DNA of 64,000 nucleotides. It comes from a virus. Of this stretch, positions 55,113-62,823 are shown in pieces. Within the stretch, counting starts at the first letter, position 1, and each line of letters starts with the position of its first letter. Where the stretch lies: positions 35,916 through 99,915 of the IMG/VR virus record IMGVR_UViG_3300017527_000160; one strand, written 5' to 3'. Both the position numbers and the translations under genes were made by a program. The notes beneath the pieces are model-generated. The model saw nothing but the letters and a program-made list of their open reading frames with translations, had not been told where the DNA came from and did no database searches.

Positions 55113-55804
55113 ATTATTTGTTCTCCGTTATTTTTACTTAACACATTGTTGACACTGGCAAACATGTTGCCGCTGTTCCACGTCTGTCCCTTGTTATAGG
55201 CAGCAGATGCGGGATGTGATGTAAAGAATTTATAATTATCTGGACCGACACTCTTGTGCCACTCCCTTGCTTTTTTGCCCATGAATACGAACGCTATCCC
55301 TGTGTTGTATGTAGACAACATATCAAACAGCGCTACAATAAAGGGCATCCAAATATCTTGATGGGTTTGACCTGTACTCAGATCACATGTAAGTGATGGA
55401 TTCAATAATAATACTCCTTGATTGGCCCACCTAGTCAGGTCAGCATCCCAAGGCATACCGTCTGGATAGATAGTCTTCTCCAAGTCCTGGAACATAACTC
55501 TCAACGCAGGCTCAGGTTTCCCCGACTTACTACATGAGAATGCCATACCATCAGCTATCTCTGGCTGAGGATAAGGTGTTGAACCTATGAACACTACTTT
55601 CAAGTCACTGTAGTTACAGTTCTCGAATGCGGTGAACACATCCTTTAGGACAGGTGTGAATCGTTTGTCATCTCCTACTCGTTGTCTCAACTGAGTCAGG
55701 ATACTTCCGAAGTCATCACTTAATAAAAACATCTTAAGTTTATCTCCCCACCCTGAAGGTTTAAGCTTCTCGTAGAGTTTGAGTTGTATTTCTTTTAATG
55801 TCAT
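55106..55804 (-). CDS. ung: Uracil-DNA glycosylase family 1 homologue with an altered active site
   Basis: VFTAF, LKVVFIGSTPYP (canonical GQDPY), ADGMAFS, WANQGVLLLN, SHPA. Confidence 0.85.
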   Translation of the reverse strand: MTLKEIQLKLYEKLKPSGWGDKLKMFLLSDDFGSILTQLRQRVGDDKRFTPVLKDVFTAFENCNYSDLKVVFIGSTPYPQPEIADGMAFSCSKSGKPEPALRVMFQDLEKTIYPDGMPWDADLTRWANQGVLLLNPSLTCDLSTGQTHQDIWMPFIVALFDMLSTYNTGIAFVFMGKKAREWHKSVGPDNYKFFTSHPASAAYNKGQTWNSGNMFASVNNVLSKNNGEQIIW

Positions 55805-55812
55805 AAATTTAT

Positions 55813-55820
55813 TATATTTG
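55813..55820 (+). promoter_or_regulatory. Bacteroidota-type -7 promoter box, probably giving a leaderless mRNA
   Basis: TATATTTG 4 nt before ATG 55825. Confidence 0.5.
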
Positions 55821-55824
55821 CTGT

Positions 55825-56187
55825 ATGAGTGAAACTAAGAAAGAAAAGATAAACATCATCTCCATACCTGAAGACAAAGTCATCTCTATTGAAATAGGTG
55901 GTATGTTCTACCAAAGACTTAACAAGTTACTAATGGATCATGGTGATGGTGTTGAACAAAGTAAACTTGTTCAGTCCATCCTCATGATACAAAGAGATAA
56001 GGTTAAGCCTGACGATAGCTATACTATTAATCTTGAAACTCTTTTCATCCTACTAAGGACTGTTGAGAAAGCTTTTCAAGATGCAGGGTTTGCTATCGAT
56101 ACTGAGATTGAAGCCGATGTCCCTAAAGATTTTAAAGAGATGAATGACTTCGCTCAAAAGTTTGCTGAAGCTACCAAGAAAAGTTAA
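55825..56187 (+). CDS. Hypothetical protein (isolated plus-strand gene)
   Basis: 120-aa ORF filling the gap, with its own promoter box. Confidence 0.7.
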   Translation: MSETKKEKINIISIPEDKVISIEIGGMFYQRLNKLLMDHGDGVEQSKLVQSILMIQRDKVKPDDSYTINLETLFILLRTVEKAFQDAGFAIDTEIEADVPKDFKEMNDFAQKFAEATKKS

Positions 56188-56572
56188 TATTAACTAACTC
56201 TCCTGCTGTATTGATGGACTCTATGACAAGTCCTAACTCTTCTTTAGAGCAGTCAGCGAATGATTTCGCATAACCTTCTGATGTACTGAGATCTCCGTGA
56301 GTCAAACCTGACCTACGTTTTATCTCTAACTTCATCTCTTCAAAAGTATATCCTATTTCTGTTGCTAATTTTCTAATGCAGGCATGAATCTTGGCTAACT
56401 GTGCGTTAGTACCATTATCATTGAACGCCTCTATGAATACACTGACGTGTTGTCCTTCTTCTAAACTATCTACAAAGTTCTGTTGGAACTCCTGTGTTGC
56501 AGGAACTACATGAACTAGCTTCCCGTTTTTCTTGACCAATTTGGCACTGAATATATTATCCTTCTGACTCAT
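56171..56572 (-). CDS. NinB/Orf-like recombination protein
   Basis: TNAQLAKIHACIRKLATEIGYTFEEMK...KSFADCSKEEL; start MSQKDN at 56572. Confidence 0.55.
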   Translation of the reverse strand: MSQKDNIFSAKLVKKNGKLVHVVPATQEFQQNFVDSLEEGQHVSVFIEAFNDNGTNAQLAKIHACIRKLATEIGYTFEEMKLEIKRRSGLTHGDLSTSEGYAKSFADCSKEELGLVIESINTAGELVNINFSW

Positions 56573-56828
56573 ATCCTTTTTTCTTTTTGCTCGCGATAAG
56601 CTTGTTAAAGATATGTTCAGCTTCATCGAAAGGTGCGTTCTCACACTTGATGGTTTTGTTACCACCAATACTACCTCTCACTCCCCAGCCACGTACCTTA
56701 CCATAGTAACATACGACATGCCAGTTGTTAGGATTAGATTCAGATTGAATGAGATTAGCATTGTAGAACTTGTTACTAGAACCAGTCCTACAATACAGCT
56801 TCTCACTTCTTTCCTGATGACTATTCAC
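56556..56828 (-). CDS. Stand-alone WGR-domain protein
   Basis: SSNKFY...WHVVCYYGKV...FNKLIASKKKKGY. Confidence 0.8.
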   Translation of the reverse strand: MNSHQERSEKLYCRTGSSNKFYNANLIQSESNPNNWHVVCYYGKVRGWGVRGSIGGNKTIKCENAPFDEAEHIFNKLIASKKKKGYESEG

Positions 56829-57504
56829 CGTGTAGGTTCTTTTTCATCAGATCAGATCTTGTGATCGTACCTAAGTTAGATATGTGAAAGTTGGTTTCAT
56901 CACCATCCATATGGTATACTACCTTACCTTTTGGTGTTTTACCCCATCTCAATTCATATACTTGGCGAGCCGTTAAAGGCTTCTTCATCTTACCGTTTTT
57001 AAACTTACCTCCTGTCGGAGCCGCTGCCCATTGCTTCTTCAGCTTAGGTTTAGACTCGTTCTTCACTTCATCAACATTCTTGATGATCTCCTCAGTCTTA
57101 GGGTGAGGTTTCGGTTCTGTACTTGGCTTCTTAGGAACAGATGTTGTTTCTTCTTTACCGGTAGGTGCGAATTTATCGTGCTTCCCTATCGGTTCATCTG
57201 TTACATCTACCGTTACAGGTACACCTTTGTCAGTCTCTGTCTTCACAACCTTACGTTGTTCTGTTTTCAGAACGTCTTCTTGACTTCCATCGGTTTTGGT
57301 AACCTTATTCATAGTAGCAACCTTCACGGTCTCTACTACGGGGTTCTTTGGCATCACTGGTTTACCTAAGTCCGGTGGACATTCGGGATGTACAGTTTTG
57401 CTTGCTTTGCCTGCGTCTGTTGATTGCCCAACAGCAGGTCCTTGTGATGTGGTCCATCCTTTTCCTCGGATCCATGACCACACTGAAATAAAAAATCTTT
57501 TCAT
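56821..57504 (-). CDS. Protein with a disordered linker and C-terminal HNH-like domain
   Basis: RQVYELRWGKTPKGKVVYHMDGDETNFHISNL. Confidence 0.65.
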   Translation of the reverse strand: MKRFFISVWSWIRGKGWTTSQGPAVGQSTDAGKASKTVHPECPPDLGKPVMPKNPVVETVKVATMNKVTKTDGSQEDVLKTEQRKVVKTETDKGVPVTVDVTDEPIGKHDKFAPTGKEETTSVPKKPSTEPKPHPKTEEIIKNVDEVKNESKPKLKKQWAAAPTGGKFKNGKMKKPLTARQVYELRWGKTPKGKVVYHMDGDETNFHISNLGTITRSDLMKKNLHGE

Positions 57505-57515
57505 GTTCTTTGTGT

Positions 57516-57761
57516 TTATGTAATTGTTAGTGATTCCTTTAGTCCATCCAACAACCCATAGTTGTAGGAGTATCCTCGATCTTCTTTGTATTCGTCTGGA
57601 GTATATCCAAACTCAGCCTCGAAGTTATCGATCAGTTCTTGCTTAGCAGCAATAGCATTTTCTACAGTTTCATACTCACTGATTTCAATATGCCTTATCA
57701 TACCTGGAACAGCATACTTGCCTTCCATATAGTTTATATCATTCTGAAGTACCTTGCTCAT
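57516..57761 (-). CDS. Hypothetical protein
   Basis: ORF of about 81 aa. Confidence 0.6.
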   Translation of the reverse strand: MSKVLQNDINYMEGKYAVPGMIRHIEISEYETVENAIAAKQELIDNFEAEFGYTPDEYKEDRGYSYNYGLLDGLKESLTIT

Positions 57762-58068
57762 TTTCCAAGTTTTTAGCATACCCTTCAGGATTCCATTCAG
57801 GATCTGTAGAGTGTGATGTTATCAATTGACCAACCTTTGCGGCTTGCTGTCTGAGATCCTTATGAAAGGCTTCTTCCGTCTCATCGATAGCATATATCGT
57901 AGGAGATGTCAGTGGGTTCAGTTCATTATCGACAATCATAACTTTACCTATGAGTTGTTCGACTAGTTCTTCACCACCTTCATCCTTCTGGTCATATACT
58001 ATCTCTGTCTTAAACATCAGATTGCTTACGCCTTCTTCTGTTGATTTTCTAATTAGCGTCACTGCCAT
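57739..58068 (-). CDS. Hypothetical protein
   Basis: ORF of about 109 aa. Confidence 0.6.
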   Translation of the reverse strand: MAVTLIRKSTEEGVSNLMFKTEIVYDQKDEGGEELVEQLIGKVMIVDNELNPLTSPTIYAIDETEEAFHKDLRQQAAKVGQLITSHSTDPEWNPEGYAKNLENEQGTSE

Positions 58069-58652
58069 AGATCTTTGTTTTCTAACCACTCTATAAATTC
58101 CTCTTCACTTTTATCACTCTTTCCCATCTCATATGCTATGCGGGCTAATTGCATAACTTGAGGTAAATTAACTTGCGGTTCCTTAATAACCTTACTTGTC
58201 TTCGGAGACAGGTTGGAACCTAAATATGCCACAGAACCAGCAGTACAACAATCCTTACATAAGGGTTGCGAACGATTGGCTTTGAAACTGGCTGAACATT
58301 CAGTACATGTCTGCATGTTCTTACCCTCTTTAAACTTCAAAGGTTTAATTATGAAGTCATGTAGCTCTTTATCATAAAGCATACTTCTCTTGAGGATCTT
58401 TGTCCAATGCTTCATTGCGATAGGATAGACATACTCTCCGTTCAGGAAACAGATCTTCAACAAGGTGTCATAACGATCTATCAGACCGTTATAATCTCCC
58501 TCAGCGATCCAGTCACCTTCCCCGTTAGTATGAAGCAGAGTTATCCTATGGTAAATGTCATCTATTAAGACAACACACACAGAACCAGCTCTAAGATCTA
58601 AACGTCCATAAGGCTGGGCTATGATTGTACCCCTAGTAGTGTACTCCTGCAT
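58059..58652 (-). CDS. Hypothetical protein with Zn ribbon
   Basis: CTEC...LCKDC. Confidence 0.6.
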   Translation of the reverse strand: MQEYTTRGTIIAQPYGRLDLRAGSVCVVLIDDIYHRITLLHTNGEGDWIAEGDYNGLIDRYDTLLKICFLNGEYVYPIAMKHWTKILKRSMLYDKELHDFIIKPLKFKEGKNMQTCTECSASFKANRSQPLCKDCCTAGSVAYLGSNLSPKTSKVIKEPQVNLPQVMQLARIAYEMGKSDKSEEEFIEWLENKDLWQ

Positions 58653-59763
58653 GATATAAAGGTTTAATCCATTCAATCTTGTCCTGGTTGAATCCTTTCA
58701 GTGCTGCTTTAACCCATACTTTATCCACGCTATTCACATAGCATAGGACATGTATCGTAGCAGTATCATTAGGGTTTAACCTCAACAATCTTCCTATCTT
58801 TTGCGGAGCTTTCCTATTGTTAGCATATGAATGCATAATCACACCGACTTTCAGATCTGGTACACTTACACCTTCACTCAACTGTTCAACAGCAGAAATC
58901 TTTGTGATGTGTCCCTTCTTGAATGCGGTAAGGTTATACTCTGAGTCAGCGTTGCTTGAATGAAAACTAGCTCCACAAATACGATCAGCTTGCGCCTGCG
59001 TATTAGCAAAGACAATAGTCTTATCTGTCTGAGCCTCTGTTAACAGCTTAGCATATGATTCTTTAGTACTTGCTTTCTGCAATGACTTCATACGTTGTAT
59101 GCCAGCTATAGCTTTCTGCTGGTCGCTGTTAGCATCCTCAACTCTACTACACCAGTACTGATAATCCTTCATCTCTGAAGTCATATAGTCTCCGTATTGT
59201 CCCTTCATAGGGATGTTTGCTTTTTCACTTAACATGAGCTCATGTACTACAATCTTGTAGTCATTCAGGATTGAATCCTCTATGGCATCATCTGTCTTAT
59301 ATACATATACCTTTGGGCAATAGTAGTTACACATCTTTCCTTTCTCAGTGTTCTTGTACACTGGGTAAGTTCCTGTGAGTCCTACTACTCTACCACCTTT
59401 CTTTATATACTCCAATAACCAGGGGTTATGTGTACCTTTTAATGAATGACATTCATCTAAGTATACTACGTCGTAATCGTAATCCTCTTTAATAAGAGAA
59501 CGATAGGTGTTAAACTTAACATGATCCTTCAAGTATTCAAACTTAAAGTTATTCATGTCGTCTAACCATGATTTGTATATTGCTTTCTTCGGTGCTATGA
59601 CTAAGTATCGTGATGTTTCGGTATATATGCTTGCCATGTCCTTAAGACCTAACATGCATTTCCCAACACCCATACTTACCTCTACACCTGATCTATTTTT
59701 ACCCCTTATAGCAGCTAGGGCTTCGCTCTGAATAGAGTCCTTACTCTTTTTTTCTTCATTCAT
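58633..59763 (-). CDS. SF2 DExH helicase (UvsW/ResIII-like)
   Basis: SMGVGK, LDECH, GLTGT, SEGVSVP, QKIGRLLR. Confidence 0.88.
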   Translation of the reverse strand: MNEEKKSKDSIQSEALAAIRGKNRSGVEVSMGVGKCMLGLKDMASIYTETSRYLVIAPKKAIYKSWLDDMNNFKFEYLKDHVKFNTYRSLIKEDYDYDVVYLDECHSLKGTHNPWLLEYIKKGGRVVGLTGTYPVYKNTEKGKMCNYYCPKVYVYKTDDAIEDSILNDYKIVVHELMLSEKANIPMKGQYGDYMTSEMKDYQYWCSRVEDANSDQQKAIAGIQRMKSLQKASTKESYAKLLTEAQTDKTIVFANTQAQADRICGASFHSSNADSEYNLTAFKKGHITKISAVEQLSEGVSVPDLKVGVIMHSYANNRKAPQKIGRLLRLNPNDTATIHVLCYVNSVDKVWVKAALKGFNQDKIEWIKPLYHAGVHY

Positions 59764-59843
59764 AATTCTCTTACGATTGATGTTCCTGCTTGTTCATCTC
59801 CTGGATCAGAGCAGATGATTGTGCTTATTGTTGGTTGAAACAT
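59760..59843 (-). CDS. 27-aa microprotein (not in ORF track)
   Basis: MFQPTISTIICSDPGDEQAGTSIVREL; ATGA overlap with the helicase start; A-rich upstream region. Confidence 0.45.
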   Translation of the reverse strand: MFQPTISTIICSDPGDEQAGTSIVREL

Positions 59844-59945
59844 ATTTGGTTTAAACTTTAAATAGTTAATAATAAATTATATAAACTTAGCAACACTGCT
59901 AAGATTGCTAGCCCGAGAGCTAATGTGGAGCGGTTACTATACTTC

Positions 59946-60170
59946 TTAGGCATCGAACTCTGAATCATATGGGTTCTCCAAATCATCATTGTAATCACTG
60001 ATACCTTCACCTATGAAAGTTCCACCTTCTTCTTTCATCCTCTTAGTCATCCTTAAGTGGACAGCCTCGTTGAACTCCTTATAGTCAACATCCGGATCTG
60101 TAACCTCGTCTACTATGACGCGTATCTCTAATTCTACTGTTACTAATACTGCTTTTTTATTCCCTTGCAT
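59946..60170 (-). CDS. Hypothetical protein
   Basis: 74 aa from ATG 60170, acidic C-terminus. Confidence 0.6.
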   Translation of the reverse strand: MQGNKKAVLVTVELEIRVIVDEVTDPDVDYKEFNEAVHLRMTKRMKEEGGTFIGEGISDYNDDLENPYDSEFDA

Positions 60171-60270
60171 TTTAATCTGTTTTATCTCGTAAATATTGTA
60201 CTGCGAATATACTAAATCTGAGGGATTTATCCCCATGACGCATAGTCTAAACAGTCAGTCTAGGTTAACA

Positions 60271-60304
60271 AACAAAAAGAGAAACTCCTTATGAGGAATC
60301 TCTC
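60271..60304 (-). terminator. Rho-independent terminator
   Basis: Minus strand GAGAGATTCC-tcataa-GGAGTTTCTC followed by tttttgttt. Confidence 0.75.
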
Positions 60305-60568
60305 TTATACTTTTTCTAGTTGTTGAATGAGAACAAAGGCTATATACCAATCTTCTCGATTAACAGAGTTCAACATATCAATGATGTTATCCTGTTGTTC
60401 CAGTGAGATCTTACCTTCTTTCCTATACTTAGTGAGTAGAGGAAGAAGCCATTCAGTACGTAGCTTATGCCAACCAGCAAGCCTGTTCACCTCTAAATCG
60501 AACGTATGCATGGCAAACTCCAGCATATGTAGTGCAAGCTTATACATTCTTTCATAATTCTTACTCAT
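60305..60568 (-). CDS. Hypothetical protein
   Basis: 87-aa ORF, translationally coupled. Confidence 0.65.
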   Translation of the reverse strand: MSKNYERMYKLALHMLEFAMHTFDLEVNRLAGWHKLRTEWLLPLLTKYRKEGKISLEQQDNIIDMLNSVNREDWYIAFVLIQQLEKV

Positions 60569-60990
60569 AACTTAGATCTTGATATAGAGAAGCCAAGCTC
60601 TTTGGCCTCTATAGGGTGCATCTCTATCCAATCATGACAGGGTCTGCATACAGATAGGAAAAAGTTCGTATCTGTTAGCAGTTCTCCTATCCTACCTTTC
60701 ATGTGGTGAACGTCCGTGGAGTGGTGCTTACATGTGTTAGGCAGTTGTGCTTGGCAAGTTGGGGATGATAGTAAGAAATCCTTTCGGAGCTTAGAATACA
60801 CCCTCTCTTGTTTGGCTCGTTTTGGAGATCTGCGGGCAATAGGTTTCCGTTGGCTTGTTGGTTTATTTCGTTTACCCGTTACAGTTTGTTTCCGTAACCA
60901 GCAAACTTTACAGAACCTATCGCCCTGATGATTCTTCCAAATCATCCGCATCTCTCCGCACCCATCACAAGGCTTTAGTTTGACTTTCAT
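60565..60990 (-). CDS. HNH endonuclease-like protein with Zn fingers
   Basis: CDGC...CKVC; CQAQLPNTC...DVHHMKGR...NFFLSVCRPCHDWIE. Confidence 0.75.
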   Translation of the reverse strand: MKVKLKPCDGCGEMRMIWKNHQGDRFCKVCWLRKQTVTGKRNKPTSQRKPIARRSPKRAKQERVYSKLRKDFLLSSPTCQAQLPNTCKHHSTDVHHMKGRIGELLTDTNFFLSVCRPCHDWIEMHPIEAKELGFSISRSKL

Positions 60991-61493
60991 TTGATTGTGT
61001 TAAAGTTACGTGGCAGTATACCTTTCTCGCATAACCTACTGATGATATCTTCTTTAGGGATACCGAGGTCTTTGAGTGAAGTACGACTAGTAAACTTTGG
61101 GTCAGGCTTAGAGTATACATCTAGCATATCGCTAGCAATGTTGCTCTTGGTAAAGATACTGAATAACTTGTTAGTCATCTTGATCAGTCTCTCCTGCTTG
61201 AAGATGTTCAACTCACGCTGAGCTCTTCGGTTGACCTTTTCTATACGTGCTACTTTATCAGGGTGCATGGCTTTCACCTCATCCTGTGTAAAGATCTTGA
61301 TACCAAACATAGCACGTTTATACAATATGTTCTGGTGTTTGTTGTACGGATCCTGCTCATATCTCTTTGTCTGAGAGTAAGGCTTCTCCGTTCTCAATGA
61401 CTTACCTAACGATTCAAAATCCTGGAAGGTTCCTGAGTAGTTCGTTCTGTCTTGTCTTTGAGCTGTCGATTTGATTTGTTGTGATTTGTTCAT
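60987..61493 (-). CDS. Hypothetical basic protein
   Basis: 168-aa ORF. Confidence 0.75.
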   Translation of the reverse strand: MNKSQQIKSTAQRQDRTNYSGTFQDFESLGKSLRTEKPYSQTKRYEQDPYNKHQNILYKRAMFGIKIFTQDEVKAMHPDKVARIEKVNRRAQRELNIFKQERLIKMTNKLFSIFTKSNIASDMLDVYSKPDPKFTSRTSLKDLGIPKEDIISRLCEKGILPRNFNTIK

Positions 61494-61531
61494 GGGTTTT
61501 TGTTTAAAAGATTTACAAATAATTGTTCAAT

Positions 61532-61563
61532 AAAAAAGGGACACAACCGAAGCCATGTCCCCT
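61532..61563 (-). terminator. Rho-independent terminator with cUUCGg loop
   Basis: Minus strand GGGACATGGC-TTCG-GTTGTGTCCC followed by TTTTTT. Confidence 0.8.
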
Positions 61564-61596
61564 ATAATTATAACTATGTTATAATCAACCCTTATC

Positions 61597-62061
61597 TTAA
61601 AGAGCGAAATCTTCTGAAGATGATGTACCACTAGCCTTTGCTAACGCATAAGCTGCTGTGATGTCATCTCCATTAGTATGTTCAATACTAGTATCCTCGG
61701 AGTTACCCGCTAATACATAGATATGTTTTCTGTAGATAGGTTGATCCCCTACCGAACATACTATACCTGACTCCCCTGCTACTTTGTAATCTCTCTCAGG
61801 ACTTTTTCTGTTGAATGGTTGTAATGATTCCTTCACTACTACTCGTCCTTCTACTTCTTGACCTGCTTCCCATCCGAAAGCTGCTAGGTCGGATACCTTA
61901 CCTGGTATCAATGCTGATAGTGGTAACATTCGGGCGAACCCTGTGTTATCGACTACCATTCTTTTTTGTTCTACACGTATGTAACCATACTCTGGGTTCT
62001 TACCACTTTTGATAACAACGTTTCCGGCAGCATCTGCTGCAACTTTTACTTTTGAATCCAT
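61597..62061 (-). CDS. Hypothetical protein, possibly an OB-fold single-stranded nucleic-acid-binding protein
   Basis: 154 aa, beta-rich, acidic/aromatic tail SSSEDFAL; followed by a terminator. Confidence 0.55.
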   Translation of the reverse strand: MDSKVKVAADAAGNVVIKSGKNPEYGYIRVEQKRMVVDNTGFARMLPLSALIPGKVSDLAAFGWEAGQEVEGRVVVKESLQPFNRKSPERDYKVAGESGIVCSVGDQPIYRKHIYVLAGNSEDTSIEHTNGDDITAAYALAKASGTSSSEDFAL

Positions 62062-62084
62062 AATGTTGACTCTATTTTTGATTA

Positions 62085-62226
62085 GGTAATGAGAGTGTCT
62101 GACTTATGCACACGCACTCTCTTCATGTGCCAATAAACAACGTATTGTAGACCGCTTTGTCTACAGTATGCGTTGGTACCTCTTGATGAGGGGTAACAAC
62201 AGTTCTTTTGAACAACTTGTTGTTAA
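62085..62226 (+). ncRNA. Candidate small structured RNA (four consecutive hairpins)
   Basis: GAGAGTGT/GCACTCTC, CAACGTAT-TGTAGAC/GTCTACA-ATGCGTTG, TACCTC/GGGGTA, TAACAACA/TGTTGTTA; the wobble pairs read G-U on the plus strand. Confidence 0.4.
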
Positions 62227-62279
62227 TAGTTTTAATGATGGTTTTCACTTGAATTTATTTTTGGGTATATTTTTGATTG

Positions 62280-62287
62280 CAAATATA
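62280..62287 (-). promoter_or_regulatory. Bacteroidota-type -7 promoter box
   Basis: TATATTTG on the minus strand about 220 nt upstream of ATG 62061. Confidence 0.45.
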
Positions 62288-62805
62288 ACAGTTATATAAG
62301 ACTGAGAAGCGCACTAGCCATCTTATATCTTGAAAGCGATCGGGCCTTGGTTGATTCCACTGAAGAGACTATGGTACGGTGCGAGGAGCGAAGTGACGCA
62401 ATTGTCAGCGATAGTCCTGTCCACACTAGTATGCATGTCAACTTAGCTTTCTCACCTACGCTCTGCCTACACCTTAACTGTTAATGTATATGTTGAATGA
62501 TGTCCGGCTTTCTGCTTACCGGCTGAAGAATATGATATGGTACAGCACAAAAGGGTATTTCCGCCTGCGGTTACTTTCGCACAAGGGACTAGGAATATAC
62601 CTGTGCCACCCTTTGACTCAACCGTTAGTTCCATCTCTTGTCTGTATGCATTCATACAGCTTAGCCTTGGTGTCCCACATGGACGGTTTTATATCCATTG
62701 GCTTCAATCATTCAACAGTGTTTGGGATTACCTCAACTCGCAGTCATGCTCACCTAACGCAATTAGCGCAGTGGGTTTCCTAACAAGAAGGGGTTGGTAA
62801 TTACT
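62285..62805 (-). ncRNA. Candidate large structured ncRNA (three multibranch domains), family unknown
   Basis: Closing helices TAACAGTTA/TAACTGTTA, TGTTGAATGAT/ATCATTCAACA and ATTACC/GGTAAT, each enclosing nested stems with G-U pairs on the minus strand; no credible ORF. Confidence 0.55.
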
Positions 62806-62823
62806 CCTATGAACTGAAGGGTT

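Noticed and set aside
62355-62420. Plus-strand CTGAAGA (hammerhead CUGANGA core) followed by a GACTAT/ATAGTC stem
   Set aside because: No GAAA follows the stem, so the hammerhead core is incomplete.
62310-62420. Plus-strand GAGACTA...TAGTCC resembling group I intron P7
   Set aside because: J8/7 (AAGAUA) and the P/Q elements are not convincing, no interrupted gene flanks it, and G-U pairs in this domain favour the minus strand. Still worth an Infernal check.
62467-62800. Three short overlapping ORFs in the structured region
   Set aside because: Atypical composition, no translational coupling or A-rich start context, and better explained by RNA structure.
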